The notes under the pieces were generated by a model. That model was not told where the DNA came from. It searched no databases and was given only the letters and a program-made list of their open reading frames with translations. From the NCBI GenBank assembly GCA_045536915.1, contig JAZSOL010000041.1, forward strand, positions 14,122 through 78,121: 64,000 nt of DNA, given 5' to 3'. The DNA is from Clostridia bacterium (GTDB taxonomy: Bacteria > Bacillota > Clostridia > UMGS1810). The position numbers and the translations under genes are program-made. Positions 31,317-41,058 of the stretch are shown one piece after another; the stretch's first letter is position 1; each line of letters opens with the position of its first letter.

Positions 31317-32363
31317 TTAATTTTCATTTTCATTTAAACTAATTTTGTTAAAGGGATTGTTATCAGCCGCTTTTTGCATATCGCTGTCGTTTATATGGGT
31401 ATATATCTGAGTTGTGGATATACTGACATGACCCAGAATTTCCTGCAATGTTTTAATATCAACATTTCCTTCTTTATACATTATCGTTGCGGCTGTGTGA
31501 CGTAATTTATGCGGAGAATACCGTTTCTCGTCGATCCCGGCTGCTTTAAAATATTTTTTTGCAAGCAGTTCAACCATTCTGTTTGATATTCTGCGGTTTT
31601 TGCCGCTTATAAACAACGCATTTTTGTCATCGCCGTATAATTCATTCGGTCTCACGGCAAGGTAATTATTGAGTGATTCTATGCATATATCGTTTAAGAA
31701 GACAATGCGCTCTTTATTTCCTTTACCAATAACACGCAATGTTCGTTTTGCGAAATTGATATCCTGCAAGTTAATCCCAACTAACTCCGATAATCTCAGG
31801 CCGCAATTTAGAAACAAAATAAATATAGCAATATCTCTTTCTCTGGATTTGCCATCTATAGCTTTCAAAAGATTGACGCTTTCTTCAAGAGTCAGGAATT
31901 TCGGCATACGCTTTTTTAACTTAGGTGTGTCAAGATTCAGTGCAGGATTAGTTTCCATATAGTTAATCTTGGCAGTGAGATAGTTATAAAAAGATTTTAA
32001 GCTTGCAACTTTGCGTGCTTTGTAGTTGTCGTTTGATGACTTAAAGTTATTTACGTAGGCCATAAATTCATATAAATCGGATAAGGAAACTTCTTTGAGT
32101 ATTTCGCAGTTGAAATTGTCGAGTTCAACCGCATCTAAATTTAATATGTCCAGATTATTTTGAACTGCATAAAGGTATCTGAAAAACATTCTCAAATCAT
32201 AATAATATTCTTTTACGGTGTTGCGGGAACGGCCTTTAATTATGGTTAGATAATTCAGATAGTCTCTTAATAGCTGCGGAACATCCGAATATTCTGATTT
32301 TGACTTAATAATGTTTTTCACCCTCTTCCATTTCGCAAAATTTTTATTTTGCGAAATGACCAT
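31317..32363 (-). CDS. Tyrosine-type site-specific recombinase (XerC/XerD family)
   Basis: An N-terminal SAM-like core-binding domain and the catalytic R..K..HxxR..H..Y pattern are present (GLRLSEL, HKLRHTAAT, LGHVSISTTQIYTH). Confidence 0.8.
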   Translation of the reverse strand: MVISQNKNFAKWKRVKNIIKSKSEYSDVPQLLRDYLNYLTIIKGRSRNTVKEYYYDLRMFFRYLYAVQNNLDILNLDAVELDNFNCEILKEVSLSDLYEFMAYVNNFKSSNDNYKARKVASLKSFYNYLTAKINYMETNPALNLDTPKLKKRMPKFLTLEESVNLLKAIDGKSRERDIAIFILFLNCGLRLSELVGINLQDINFAKRTLRVIGKGNKERIVFLNDICIESLNNYLAVRPNELYGDDKNALFISGKNRRISNRMVELLAKKYFKAAGIDEKRYSPHKLRHTAATIMYKEGNVDIKTLQEILGHVSISTTQIYTHINDSDMQKAADNNPFNKISLNENEN

Positions 32364-32405
32364 ATAAAAATCTCTTGTATCCTATTTTGTGTTTAAAACG
32401 AAAAA

Positions 32406-32951
32406 TCACTTATATTGCATGGATTTCATCAAATCATAACTATATTCGTATCCTTTTATTATTTCAACAAATTTGAATCCAAGCTTATGAGCTGTTCCGG
32501 CACCGCGTGATGTTAGAATATTTCCATCAACACACACATCGTCTTCAACGTGTGTTGCTCCTAATAAATATTTTTCGAATGACGGATAACATGTGGCTTG
32601 TTTACCTTCAAGAAGTTTAAGTTTTCCGAAAATCATTGGTGCAGCACAAATAGAAATCAGATATTTCCCTTTGCTATTATATTCGATTAATAAATCCTTC
32701 AGAAATTCATTTTCAAAAAGATTTGTTGTTCCCGGCATACCACCGGGCAAAAATATTCCGTCGCCATCTTCTGCGGCAAGAGAATCCAGTGTGTAGTCTG
32801 CATTCAGAGAAATTCCGTGAGCTCCTGTTACTGTTTTGGTGTTATACACAGAAACCGTTTTGATATCAATTTTTGCACGTCTGAGTATGTCTATAAACGC
32901 TATAGCCTCAATTTCTTCAAATCCATTTGCCAACATTGCATATATTGTCAT
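32406..32951 (-). CDS. DJ-1/PfpI (ThiJ) family protein
   Basis: The nucleophile-elbow motif is LISICAAP; the product is 181 aa with the typical DJ-1 fold pattern. Confidence 0.8.
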   Translation of the reverse strand: MTIYAMLANGFEEIEAIAFIDILRRAKIDIKTVSVYNTKTVTGAHGISLNADYTLDSLAAEDGDGIFLPGGMPGTTNLFENEFLKDLLIEYNSKGKYLISICAAPMIFGKLKLLEGKQATCYPSFEKYLLGATHVEDDVCVDGNILTSRGAGTAHKLGFKFVEIIKGYEYSYDLMKSMQYK

Positions 32952-32985
32952 AATATCACCTACTCAATAATTAATTTTTCAACAT

Positions 32986-33714
32986 TCACGACAGCATTCC
33001 TCTGTCGGATAAACTGACATGTTCATCATTACTGCATACAATATGATCAACAACTTCGATATCAAAGTCTGAAAAAGTTACAGAAAGTTGCTTGGTTATC
33101 ATCACATCATCCGACGAAGGTTCCGGATTTGAAGTGGGATGATTGTGTGCCAAAATAATCTTTTTCACGTTTCGATTCAGCACTGTTTTAACAACAGCCT
33201 CTTTGCATACCTTCGTTTCGTATTCTGTTCCTTCGCTGATTTTCTCAACAAATTTGACTTTTCTTCCGTGGGTCATACCGATTACTATAAAACACTCATT
33301 GGTATGATATTTGAAATAATTACAACAAAATGTACCCACCTTTTTAGAAGTGTCAAGAACAGCTTCTTCAAACTCATTCGTGCTTATGTATTTGTTGAAT
33401 TGCCTGATAAACATAATAAACGAAGCTGATTTTTCGCCCAAGCCTTCAATTTTGATTAATTCATCATACCTTGCATTAAGAACATTTTTCAATGAACCAA
33501 ATCTGTCGAGCAACAAATGAGCCGTTTCGTTGGTGTCCTTTTGAGGTATTGTGTGGAAAAGCAGAAATTCCAACACTTCAATTTCCGTAAATGAATCCAG
33601 CCCGTATTTTATAAATTTGTTTCTCACGCGCATTCGATGACCTTCATGTATTCGCTTTTTAGGAGAAGTTTTTTGCTTTTCTGTTGTCTGAATGCTCTTT
33701 GAACTATATGACAT
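32986..33714 (-). CDS. radC: RadC-family JAB-domain protein (UPF0758)
   Basis: An N-terminal helix-hairpin-helix region (LLDRFGSLKNVLNA..ELIKIEGLG) and a C-terminal JAMM motif (ILAHNHPTSNPEPSSDD) are present. Confidence 0.85.
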   Translation of the reverse strand: MSYSSKSIQTTEKQKTSPKKRIHEGHRMRVRNKFIKYGLDSFTEIEVLEFLLFHTIPQKDTNETAHLLLDRFGSLKNVLNARYDELIKIEGLGEKSASFIMFIRQFNKYISTNEFEEAVLDTSKKVGTFCCNYFKYHTNECFIVIGMTHGRKVKFVEKISEGTEYETKVCKEAVVKTVLNRNVKKIILAHNHPTSNPEPSSDDVMITKQLSVTFSDFDIEVVDHIVCSNDEHVSLSDRGMLS

Positions 33715-33717
33715 AAA

Positions 33718-34520
33718 TCATACCTCCCCTATTTTATGTGCATTGGCAACAGTTTCGTTTATGAGATTATCATCAATATGATGTATGGTATTGGATTTTT
33801 TTAGTAAGAGTAAAAATTCTATATTGCCTTCAGGTCCTTTTATTGGGGAAAAATCCAGATTTTCCGCAGAAAAACCTAATTCAACAGCAAAATCTGCAAT
33901 TTCACGAATAACTTTTTTGTGTATGTTTTCATCTTTAACAACGCCCTTTTTCCCCACTTCTTCTCTTCCTGCTTCAAACTGCGGTTTTATAAGAGCCACA
34001 AGCATTCCGTCATCTTTAAGAATTTTATATGCCACAGGCAATACAAGTCTTAGAGATATAAACGACACATCTATAGATATAAAATCAATTTCATCGTGTA
34101 TAAGTTCGAAATCAATGTATCTTATGTTGGTTCTTTCAATATTAACAACACGTTCGTCATTTCTGAGCTTCCACGCAAGCTGACCGTAACCGACATCTAC
34201 AGCATAAACTTTTTTTGCACCGTTTTGGAGCATACAATCCGTGAAACCTCCGGTTGATGTCCAATATCCATACAAACATAATCCGTAAGTTTAAAATCAA
34301 ACACTTTGGTTGCTTTGTCGAGTTTAAGTCCGCCTCTGCTCACAAACGGGATTTTTTGACCGCGTATTTCTATAGATTGACCTTCAGTGTATTTATCACC
34401 GGCTTTGAGCACTTTCTGATTATTTACATACACCATACCGGCCATAATCATTGCTTTTGCTTTTTCGCGGCTTTCGACAAGACCTTTATTAACTAAAACA
34501 ACATCAACTCTGTCTGCCAA
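33718..34520 (-). pseudogene. tlyA: TlyA-family rRNA 2'-O-methyltransferase, disrupted by a 1-nt frameshift
   Basis: The S4 domain half (frame of ORF 34197..34541: ADRVDVVLVNKGLVESREKAK...YVCMDIG) and the FtsJ-like half (frame of ORF 33718..34275: STGGFTDCMLQNGAKKVYAVDVGYGQLAWKL...) lie in different frames. They join exactly at the conserved DIG-ASTGGFTD motif near 34259-34262. The likely start is TTG 34520, 9 nt after AAGGAG. Confidence 0.75.
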
Positions 34521-36363
34521 ATTCAGCCAACTCCTTTTCAATACGTTTTACAATTTTAATCGGTGTAAGACCGTGAATATCAAACAATTCGTCCTGATTA
34601 CCCTGTTGGATATAGCAATCATCATATCCGATACATACAAACTTGCTTTTCAGGGAGCATTCTATCGCAGACAGAATAAAACTACCGCATCCACCAGATA
34701 TGACATTATCTTCCACACTTACAGTGATTTTACTTTTGCTGATAAGTTTTTCAATTTCTTCCTTGTTCAAGGGTTTCAACGTTCTTAAATTAACAACAGT
34801 TGACTTTATTCCGGATTCACTCAATATTTTCTGAGCTTGCACACACATATCAACAGTGCGTCCGATTGCAATCAAAACAACGTCAAAGCCGTCTGATGAA
34901 ACATATTCAGGCATTGCGAAAACAAAATCTGAACACTCTCTTGTTTGTGCATTGCTTTTTGGATACCTTATTGCAACAGGACCTGTTTTGTTATCAAGAA
35001 TATAGTCCATCATTTGCACAAGTTCCTTGCGGCACGACGGCGCCAATACAGTCATTTGCGGTATGTGCAGTAAGTAAGACAAGTCAAAAACACCCTGATG
35101 CGTTTCACCATCTTCGCCCACGATTCCTGCCCTGTCAACGGCAAATAACACATCAAGATTTTGCATACAAACGTCATGCAATATCTGATCGTATGCACGT
35201 TGGAGAAAAGTTGAATATATACACACAACAGGTTTAACATCTCCTGATGCAAGACCGGCAGCAAAAGTTACAGCGTGTTGTTCGGCAATTCCAACATCGT
35301 AAAATCTTTCCGGAAACATTTGCGAAAACTTAGTGAGTCCGCAACCTGAACACATTGCTGCTGTGATGGCAACAATCCTTTCGTTTTCCTTAGCTTTTTT
35401 TACTATGCATTCACCGAAAACATCCGTATATGAATCAGACACCTGATTTTCCTGCCCTGATTTCGGTTTGATACCGTGATATAAATCAGGATTGTTTTCG
35501 GCAGGTTTATAACCTCTGCCTTTCTGAGTAAAGGTGTGAATAATTACAGGACCATTAATTGCTTTTGCTGTTTCAAAAGCTTCTGTCAGCTCTGAAAAGT
35601 CGTGACCGTCAATTATACCAATATATTTAAATCCAAGATTTTCGAATATTGAAGTTTCTATAGCTGCTGATTTTATGACTTTTTTTGTTTTATGCATAAT
35701 TTTATAAACAACATTTCCGAAACTGCCGATATTTCCGAGAAACTTTTGCATTTTATTTTTGGCATTGAGATACTTTTTGTCAAGCCTGAGCATACTGAGA
35801 TAAGCAGATAACCCGCCAACATTTTTGTTGATTGACATTTCATTGTCATTTAAAACAATTATTATTTTGGTATTGGATATTCCAACATTGTTTAACGCTT
35901 CAAATGCCATTCCTCCGCCAAGTGCACCATCACCTATGAAGGCAATTACGTTGTAGTTGTCGTTTTTCAAATCGCGCGCTTTCGCTATTCCGTATGCTGC
36001 CGAAACAGATGTACTCGAATGACCGGTGTTAAAACAGTCATATTCACTTTCGCTTGTCTTCGGAAATCCCGACATGCCGCCAAGTTTTCTCAAAGTATCA
36101 AATTTTTCGATTCTTCCGCTTAACAATTTATGAACATAGCTTTGATGACCAACATCAAAAACAATTTTATCATAAGGAAAGTTGAAAACTTTATGAAGAG
36201 CAAGCGTCAACTCAACAACACCAAGATTAGATGCAAGGTGTCCGCCGTTATCGGTAACTTTTTCAATCAGAAATTCACGAATATTCGATGCAAGAAATTC
36301 TGCATTGCATTCATCCAGATTTTTTATATAATTTTTATTGTTAAGTTTATCAATGAATTCCAT
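34504..36363 (-). CDS. dxs: 1-deoxy-D-xylulose-5-phosphate synthase
   Basis: GGHLASNLGVVELT and the TPP motif IGDGALGGGMAFEALN are present, along with transketolase-like domains; the product is 619 aa. Confidence 0.95.
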   Translation of the reverse strand: MEFIDKLNNKNYIKNLDECNAEFLASNIREFLIEKVTDNGGHLASNLGVVELTLALHKVFNFPYDKIVFDVGHQSYVHKLLSGRIEKFDTLRKLGGMSGFPKTSESEYDCFNTGHSSTSVSAAYGIAKARDLKNDNYNVIAFIGDGALGGGMAFEALNNVGISNTKIIIVLNDNEMSINKNVGGLSAYLSMLRLDKKYLNAKNKMQKFLGNIGSFGNVVYKIMHKTKKVIKSAAIETSIFENLGFKYIGIIDGHDFSELTEAFETAKAINGPVIIHTFTQKGRGYKPAENNPDLYHGIKPKSGQENQVSDSYTDVFGECIVKKAKENERIVAITAAMCSGCGLTKFSQMFPERFYDVGIAEQHAVTFAAGLASGDVKPVVCIYSTFLQRAYDQILHDVCMQNLDVLFAVDRAGIVGEDGETHQGVFDLSYLLHIPQMTVLAPSCRKELVQMMDYILDNKTGPVAIRYPKSNAQTRECSDFVFAMPEYVSSDGFDVVLIAIGRTVDMCVQAQKILSESGIKSTVVNLRTLKPLNKEEIEKLISKSKITVSVEDNVISGGCGSFILSAIECSLKSKFVCIGYDDCYIQQGNQDELFDIHGLTPIKIVKRIEKELAEFGRQS

Positions 36364-36399
36364 GAAAATTCCTCGTTTATCGTTTTAGTAAGTTAAATG

Positions 36400-37239
36400 T
36401 TATTCAAAAAGGTATTTATGTAATGAAATCAAAAATTCGTTTTTGTCATATTCTGAGAGTATATTATATGCGTTTTTACTATACAAATCAAGCTGCTCCT
36501 GCGCTTTTTTTGCACCTAATGCATTGATGAAATTCGGACAATCAGATTGAGCTTTTTCATCTTCATGTATATCCTCAAAATCATCCCTGATTTGAAACGC
36601 AAGTCCGAGATTATAGGAAAACTCAGTCATTTTATCAATGGTTAAATTATCTGCGCCTGCAATATATGCACCGGCAAGAACAGAGGCTTTTATGAGTGCC
36701 ATTGTTTTTTGTTCGACAATACGGATGAGGGTTTTCTCATCGGCATTCGAAGAGGAACCGAGTTTTAAATCAAGAACCTGACCGTTTATCATACCCGAAA
36801 CACCTGCAGCTTCCGCAATGCATGCAGCAGCACGCAATTTATCGGCATTTGTGCTTTTTGATAACATTAATTCAAAAGCGCTGTTAAGCAGTGCATCACC
36901 GCATAAAATCCCGAAAGCTTCACCGAATTTTTTATGACAGCTTGGCTGTCCCCTTCTCATATCAGCGTTATCCATTGCGGGTAAATCATCATGAACGAGC
37001 GAGTATGCATGAATAAGCTCAATAGCTATGGCATAATCAACAGCATCCTCATATTTTCCTCCAAGCATAGTACATATTTCCGTGCAAAGAATTGAACGGA
37101 GTCTCTTTCCGCCGTTCAAAACAGAATATTTCATTGCATCAATAATATCGTGAGAAGAGGAAGTGTATTTATCCAGATAAGATTCTATTCTGTTGTCTAT
37201 TTCTTTAATTTTTGATTTGTAGCATTCTTTAAAATTCAT
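36400..37239 (-). CDS. ispA: Polyprenyl (farnesyl/geranyl) diphosphate synthase
   Basis: The first Asp-rich motif is VHDDLPAMDNADMRRG and the second is FQIRDDFED. Confidence 0.9.
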   Translation of the reverse strand: MNFKECYKSKIKEIDNRIESYLDKYTSSSHDIIDAMKYSVLNGGKRLRSILCTEICTMLGGKYEDAVDYAIAIELIHAYSLVHDDLPAMDNADMRRGQPSCHKKFGEAFGILCGDALLNSAFELMLSKSTNADKLRAAACIAEAAGVSGMINGQVLDLKLGSSSNADEKTLIRIVEQKTMALIKASVLAGAYIAGADNLTIDKMTEFSYNLGLAFQIRDDFEDIHEDEKAQSDCPNFINALGAKKAQEQLDLYSKNAYNILSEYDKNEFLISLHKYLFE

Positions 37240-37257
37240 TTTGTTTCTCCGATTCTG

Positions 37258-37473
37258 TTATTCATCGCCGAAATCAACGTCAACGTAATTTTCATTTTGT
37301 ATAATTTCTATTTTTTGTTTTGCTTCACTGAGCACCTTCATACATGCGGCAGAGAGTTTCATGCCTTTTTCATATAAAGCAATGCTTTCATTCAAACCTA
37401 CATTACCGCTTTCCAGCTGAGAAACTATACCGTTTAATTCACTTATATTCTTTTCGAATTCGTCATTTTTCAT
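37258..37473 (-). CDS. xseB: Exodeoxyribonuclease VII small subunit
   Basis: The 71-aa product contains FEKNISELNGIVSQLESGNVGLNESIALYEKGMKL. It overlaps xseA. Confidence 0.9.
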   Translation of the reverse strand: MKNDEFEKNISELNGIVSQLESGNVGLNESIALYEKGMKLSAACMKVLSEAKQKIEIIQNENYVDVDFGDE

Positions 37474-38662
37474 ATTTGATCCTCCGCACGTTGCAATTCA
37501 GTTCTCCGCAATTGAATTTAACGTTTATTTCATCGCCTTCTTTAATATCATAAGCAGACACATACTTTCCCTCAGCATCAGTTATAACAGAATAACCTCG
37601 CTTTAAAACCTTAAGCGGATTAAGCGTTTCAAGAGCTCCATTCAGTAACGCCAACGAATTTAAATTATCTCCATATACAGATGAAACATAATCATTCATA
37701 GCGCATTGCATGCGGTTAATCAAAATCTCCTTGCGTCTGAATAATTCCATTGCTTTTGAATAAATTTCTTTCACACCGCAGTTGGATAATGAAAGATAGC
37801 ATTTTGTGAGTGTACTGTACATAGCTGTTTCAAGGTTTTTTCGTTTCGCCATCAGACCGGTTTTCACATCATCTATATCGGGCAATGCTATTTCCAATGC
37901 TGCAGAAGGCGTAGGAGCACGTTTGTCAGCAACAAAGTCGGCTATTGTGTAATCAGTTTCATGTCCAACAGCGGATATCACCGGTTTATTACAATTGTAA
38001 ATGGAAATGGCAGTTTTTTCTTCGTTAAATGCCCACAAATCCTCAATACTTCCACCGCCTCGCGCTACAATAATAACATCGCAGTCGGTATGCATATCCA
38101 GATATTCTATACCTTTGCAAATAGTTTCTGCCGCTCCTATCCCCTGAACCTTTGCCGGATATATGCAAATATCTGATAGCGGGAAACGTCTTTTCGATAC
38201 TGACAAAACATCTCTGATTGCAGCACCTGTTAAAGAAGTTACAACGCCGATTTTGGCGGGCATTAAAGGAATTGCTTTTTTTCTTTCTTCATCAAAAAAA
38301 CCTGCAGCCGACAGTTTGCTTTTTAACTGCTCATATGCCGCATAAAGTTCTCCGGTTCCGTCGGGAATAATTTTCTCAACATAAAGCTGATATGAACCGT
38401 CTCTTTCAAAAACAGCAACCTTGCCAAAAGCAATTATTCGCATTCCGTTTTTTAATCCGAAACTCATTTTATTAGCAAACGAATTAAACATAACAGCTCT
38501 TAAAATTGAATTATCATCTTTGAGCGTCATATATATGTGACCGCTGTAGTGTGTTTTGAAATTGGATATTTCGCCGCATACCCATAAATCCGTCAGGTTG
38601 GAATTCTGCTCAACATAACGCTTCATATAATTATTGAGTTGCGACACCGATACTATAGGCAT
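37463..38662 (-). CDS. xseA: Exodeoxyribonuclease VII large subunit
   Basis: An OB-fold N-terminus (VSQLNNYMKRYVE...LWVCGEISNFK.HYSGHIYMTLKD) and the catalytic core (VARGGGSIEDLWAFNEE) are present. Confidence 0.92.
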   Translation of the reverse strand: MPIVSVSQLNNYMKRYVEQNSNLTDLWVCGEISNFKTHYSGHIYMTLKDDNSILRAVMFNSFANKMSFGLKNGMRIIAFGKVAVFERDGSYQLYVEKIIPDGTGELYAAYEQLKSKLSAAGFFDEERKKAIPLMPAKIGVVTSLTGAAIRDVLSVSKRRFPLSDICIYPAKVQGIGAAETICKGIEYLDMHTDCDVIIVARGGGSIEDLWAFNEEKTAISIYNCNKPVISAVGHETDYTIADFVADKRAPTPSAALEIALPDIDDVKTGLMAKRKNLETAMYSTLTKCYLSLSNCGVKEIYSKAMELFRRKEILINRMQCAMNDYVSSVYGDNLNSLALLNGALETLNPLKVLKRGYSVITDAEGKYVSAYDIKEGDEINVKFNCGELNCNVRRIKYEK

Positions 38663-38674
38663 ATATCCTCCGGT

Positions 38675-39073
38675 TTAAACAAGTGCAGCCAATATGCCGT
38701 TAATAAAAACAGGCGAATCATCATCACTGTATTTTTTTGTGAGTTCAACAGCTTCGTTTATTGAAACCTGATAAGGTATATCGGAAAAATAAACTATTTC
38801 ACACACAGCCAGACGAAGTATTGCAAGATTGATTTTTGAAATTCTGTTTATCGTCCATCCCTGAAGTGCACCCGAAATTTTTTCATCAATAGCATTTAAA
38901 TTTTCAAAGCACTTAAATGTCACGTCTTTATAGTAATTTTTGTCGTTGTCGCTTTCCAGTCCGTCGTCGTTGTTTTCACAATAAGATATTATATCCACAT
39001 GTGTTTCATTATCGTGAAACGGGATTTCGAAAATTGTTTTGAAAGCGGCTTCTCTAGCGGATTTTCTGCTCAT
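38675..39073 (-). CDS. nusB: Transcription antitermination factor NusB
   Basis: MSRKSAREAAFKTIF... and the C-terminal INEAVELTKKY...FINGILAAL pattern are present. Confidence 0.9.
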   Translation of the reverse strand: MSRKSAREAAFKTIFEIPFHDNETHVDIISYCENNDDGLESDNDKNYYKDVTFKCFENLNAIDEKISGALQGWTINRISKINLAILRLAVCEIVYFSDIPYQVSINEAVELTKKYSDDDSPVFINGILAALV

Positions 39074-39102
39074 ATTATCCTCCGTAAGTTATATGATGTT
39101 GT

Positions 39103-39495
39103 TTAATCTTCGTTACTTTTATTAATTTCAACTTTTTCAGCATCAAAATTAATTCCGGCAACGTGTATGTTAACTTTTACAACTGTTAGTCCGGACATTG
39201 ATTCAACAGCTTTCTTAACATTTTCCTGAACTTCCCATGCGATTTCAGGGATGCGGACACCGTATTCCATAATGAGGCTTATGTCAATGATGGCTTCATC
39301 CTCGTTTTTTGATACCTTAATACCCTTGTTCACTGATTTTTTGCTGATTTTAGAAACAATATCATCAGTGATACTTGATGCAAGATCATACACACCTTTG
39401 GTTTCCGAAACAGCAACGGAAGCGATTGTAGCTATTACCTCATCGGAGATATTGATTGAACCGCCGATTTCAATATTGTTATTTATATTTTCCAT
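39103..39495 (-). CDS. Asp23/Gls24 family envelope stress protein
   Basis: ISDEVIATIASVAVSETKGV and the ...VNIHVAGI pattern are present. The position downstream of spoIIIAH is conserved (the B. subtilis yqhY equivalent). Confidence 0.85.
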   Translation of the reverse strand: MENINNNIEIGGSINISDEVIATIASVAVSETKGVYDLASSITDDIVSKISKKSVNKGIKVSKNEDEAIIDISLIMEYGVRIPEIAWEVQENVKKAVESMSGLTVVKVNIHVAGINFDAEKVEINKSNED

Positions 39496-39546
39496 AATCT
39501 TTATCCTCCCTGATATTTAGAATAAACATTTTGCTTATGTTATCTT

Positions 39547-39555
39547 ATTATAACA
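39547..39555 (-). promoter_or_regulatory. Possible extended -10 promoter upstream of asp23
   Basis: The - strand reads TGtTATAAT about 50 nt upstream of the asp23 ATG. There is no good -35. Confidence 0.35.
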
Positions 39556-39561
39556 CAAAAT

Positions 39562-40095
39562 TTATTCAACTTCAACTATTTTTATATTATTATTTCCGGT
39601 TTGTTCAAAAACTATATCATTTATTTTGGCAATATCTGTTTCTTCAAGCAATTTTACAACCGTTACCGTAACCGAATCGTCTGATATAAAAACAACATTA
39701 TCATCATATCCTTTTGCAGAAAGAAGGGTTTCAATTTTCTTTTCGCTGTCCATATAAGATGCCATTTTAAGAATTTGCGATTCGGCATCCTGCCTGAATT
39801 TTTCGGAAGTTGATTCATTTTCAAGCGTTTCTTTAATTATTTCGATGGCTTTGCTTCTGATTATTTCTCTGTCGTTTCGGGCTTGAATTAAAAAGTCTTT
39901 TTGAGAAGTTACCATAACCGCTTCACCCGGTCTTGCATCTTTATTTTCCGCAGAATCGGAGTTTGAAACGGTGGTTGGTATGCTTTCATCCGAAAAATTT
40001 TCTTCGCTACTTTTTAAGAGTAATCCGGTAATTGTTAGTATGGCAATGATAATAATTATTGAAGCAATATGTTTTCTTTTTACAATCATAAACAT
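39562..40095 (-). CDS. spoIIIAH: Stage III sporulation protein AH
   Basis: This is the last gene of the eight-gene spoIIIA operon. It has an N-terminal TM anchor and a C-terminal YscJ/FliF-like region (ETLLSAKGYDDNVVFISDDSVTVTV). Confidence 0.8.
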   Translation of the reverse strand: MFMIVKRKHIASIIIIIAILTITGLLLKSSEENFSDESIPTTVSNSDSAENKDARPGEAVMVTSQKDFLIQARNDREIIRSKAIEIIKETLENESTSEKFRQDAESQILKMASYMDSEKKIETLLSAKGYDDNVVFISDDSVTVTVVKLLEETDIAKINDIVFEQTGNNNIKIVEVE

Positions 40096-40623
40096 TTAAT
40101 TTCCTCCTGCATCCATTTTTAATATATTAACTTTATGTATTGGTATTCCAAGCAATTCAGACACTGCATTTTTTATTTCGTTTTTTATTTTTTCATTACC
40201 GCCTCCCTGAGCAACTATCATCACACCTTCAATTCCGGCGCTTATTTCTTTTGCTATAAACGGCAAAGTTTCGCCTTGTGAATTGCTTTGAGTTGTTTTT
40301 AGTGTTGTATTATTTTTGTCTGTGAACGGTATTTTTTCGGATGATGTACTGTATTTAATCAAAACACGTGTCTCCCCCACTCCGTCTGCAAGCGATAAGA
40401 TGTTTTCAAGTTCCTTTTCGAGTTCGGATGTTTCCCCGGATGTTTCCCCGGATTTTTCGGACTTTGGATAATCAACAAATTCCTTTTCGGCAAAATCATT
40501 ATGTGATTTGGATTTCTTGTTTGAACCTGTTATAAGCAGTATGCCAACAATTAACAATATTATCAAATACACAAATATTTTTTTGTCGGAGAACAATTTG
40601 AAAATTTTACTTGAATTATTCAT
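40096..40623 (-). CDS. spoIIIAG: Stage III sporulation protein AG
   Basis: It has an N-terminal TM segment and a conserved C-terminus (GIEGVMIVAQGGGNEKIKNEIKNAVSELLGIPIHKVNILKM). Its operon position is consistent. Confidence 0.8.
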   Translation of the reverse strand: MNNSSKIFKLFSDKKIFVYLIILLIVGILLITGSNKKSKSHNDFAEKEFVDYPKSEKSGETSGETSELEKELENILSLADGVGETRVLIKYSTSSEKIPFTDKNNTTLKTTQSNSQGETLPFIAKEISAGIEGVMIVAQGGGNEKIKNEIKNAVSELLGIPIHKVNILKMDAGGN

Positions 40624-41056
40624 AAATACTCACACTCACCTCATCTTCCGGCGTACAATATTTCTCTTTAATAAATTTTTCAACGTTATCTGTATTTGAA
40701 TTTTCTGATGTACAGTGAATAATAATCTTTAAAGTATCCCAGTCTGTAGTAACCGTTACAAAACATTCATCATATCCGTTTACGGCAATATCGTCATTGA
40801 TTTTCTTTTCAAGATTTCTGCAAAATACAGATTCAGCAGTTGAATCTGAAAAATCGGTATGAGTTGCTGTTGGTATTTCACGAAATAAAAATTCAGGCAA
40901 TGACAATATCGGCGAAAATAAAACCGAAATTATTATAATACTCGCTATGCTTGTATAGAATTTAACGAGCTTTGTGTTGCTCAAAAGCAAATTACTCACC
41001 TGAAGAACAACAGATGTAATTATTACAGAAAGTATGTATTTTTTAAATTCATTCAT
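40616..41056 (-). CDS. spoIIIAF: Stage III sporulation protein AF
   Basis: There are two N-terminal TM helices. The size and the position between spoIIIAE and spoIIIAG fit. Confidence 0.75.
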   Translation of the reverse strand: MNEFKKYILSVIITSVVLQVSNLLLSNTKLVKFYTSIASIIIISVLFSPILSLPEFLFREIPTATHTDFSDSTAESVFCRNLEKKINDDIAVNGYDECFVTVTTDWDTLKIIIHCTSENSNTDNVEKFIKEKYCTPEDEVSVSIYE

Positions 41057-41058
41057 TT

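Noticed and set aside
31317-32363. The tyrosine recombinase as a marker of an integrated mobile element or invertible promoter switch.
   Set aside because: It is flanked by housekeeping genes (lepA, DJ-1, radC). There are no phage or conjugation genes, no flanking direct or inverted repeats that I could find, and no adjacent tRNA. A chromosomal Xer-type recombinase is the more economical reading.
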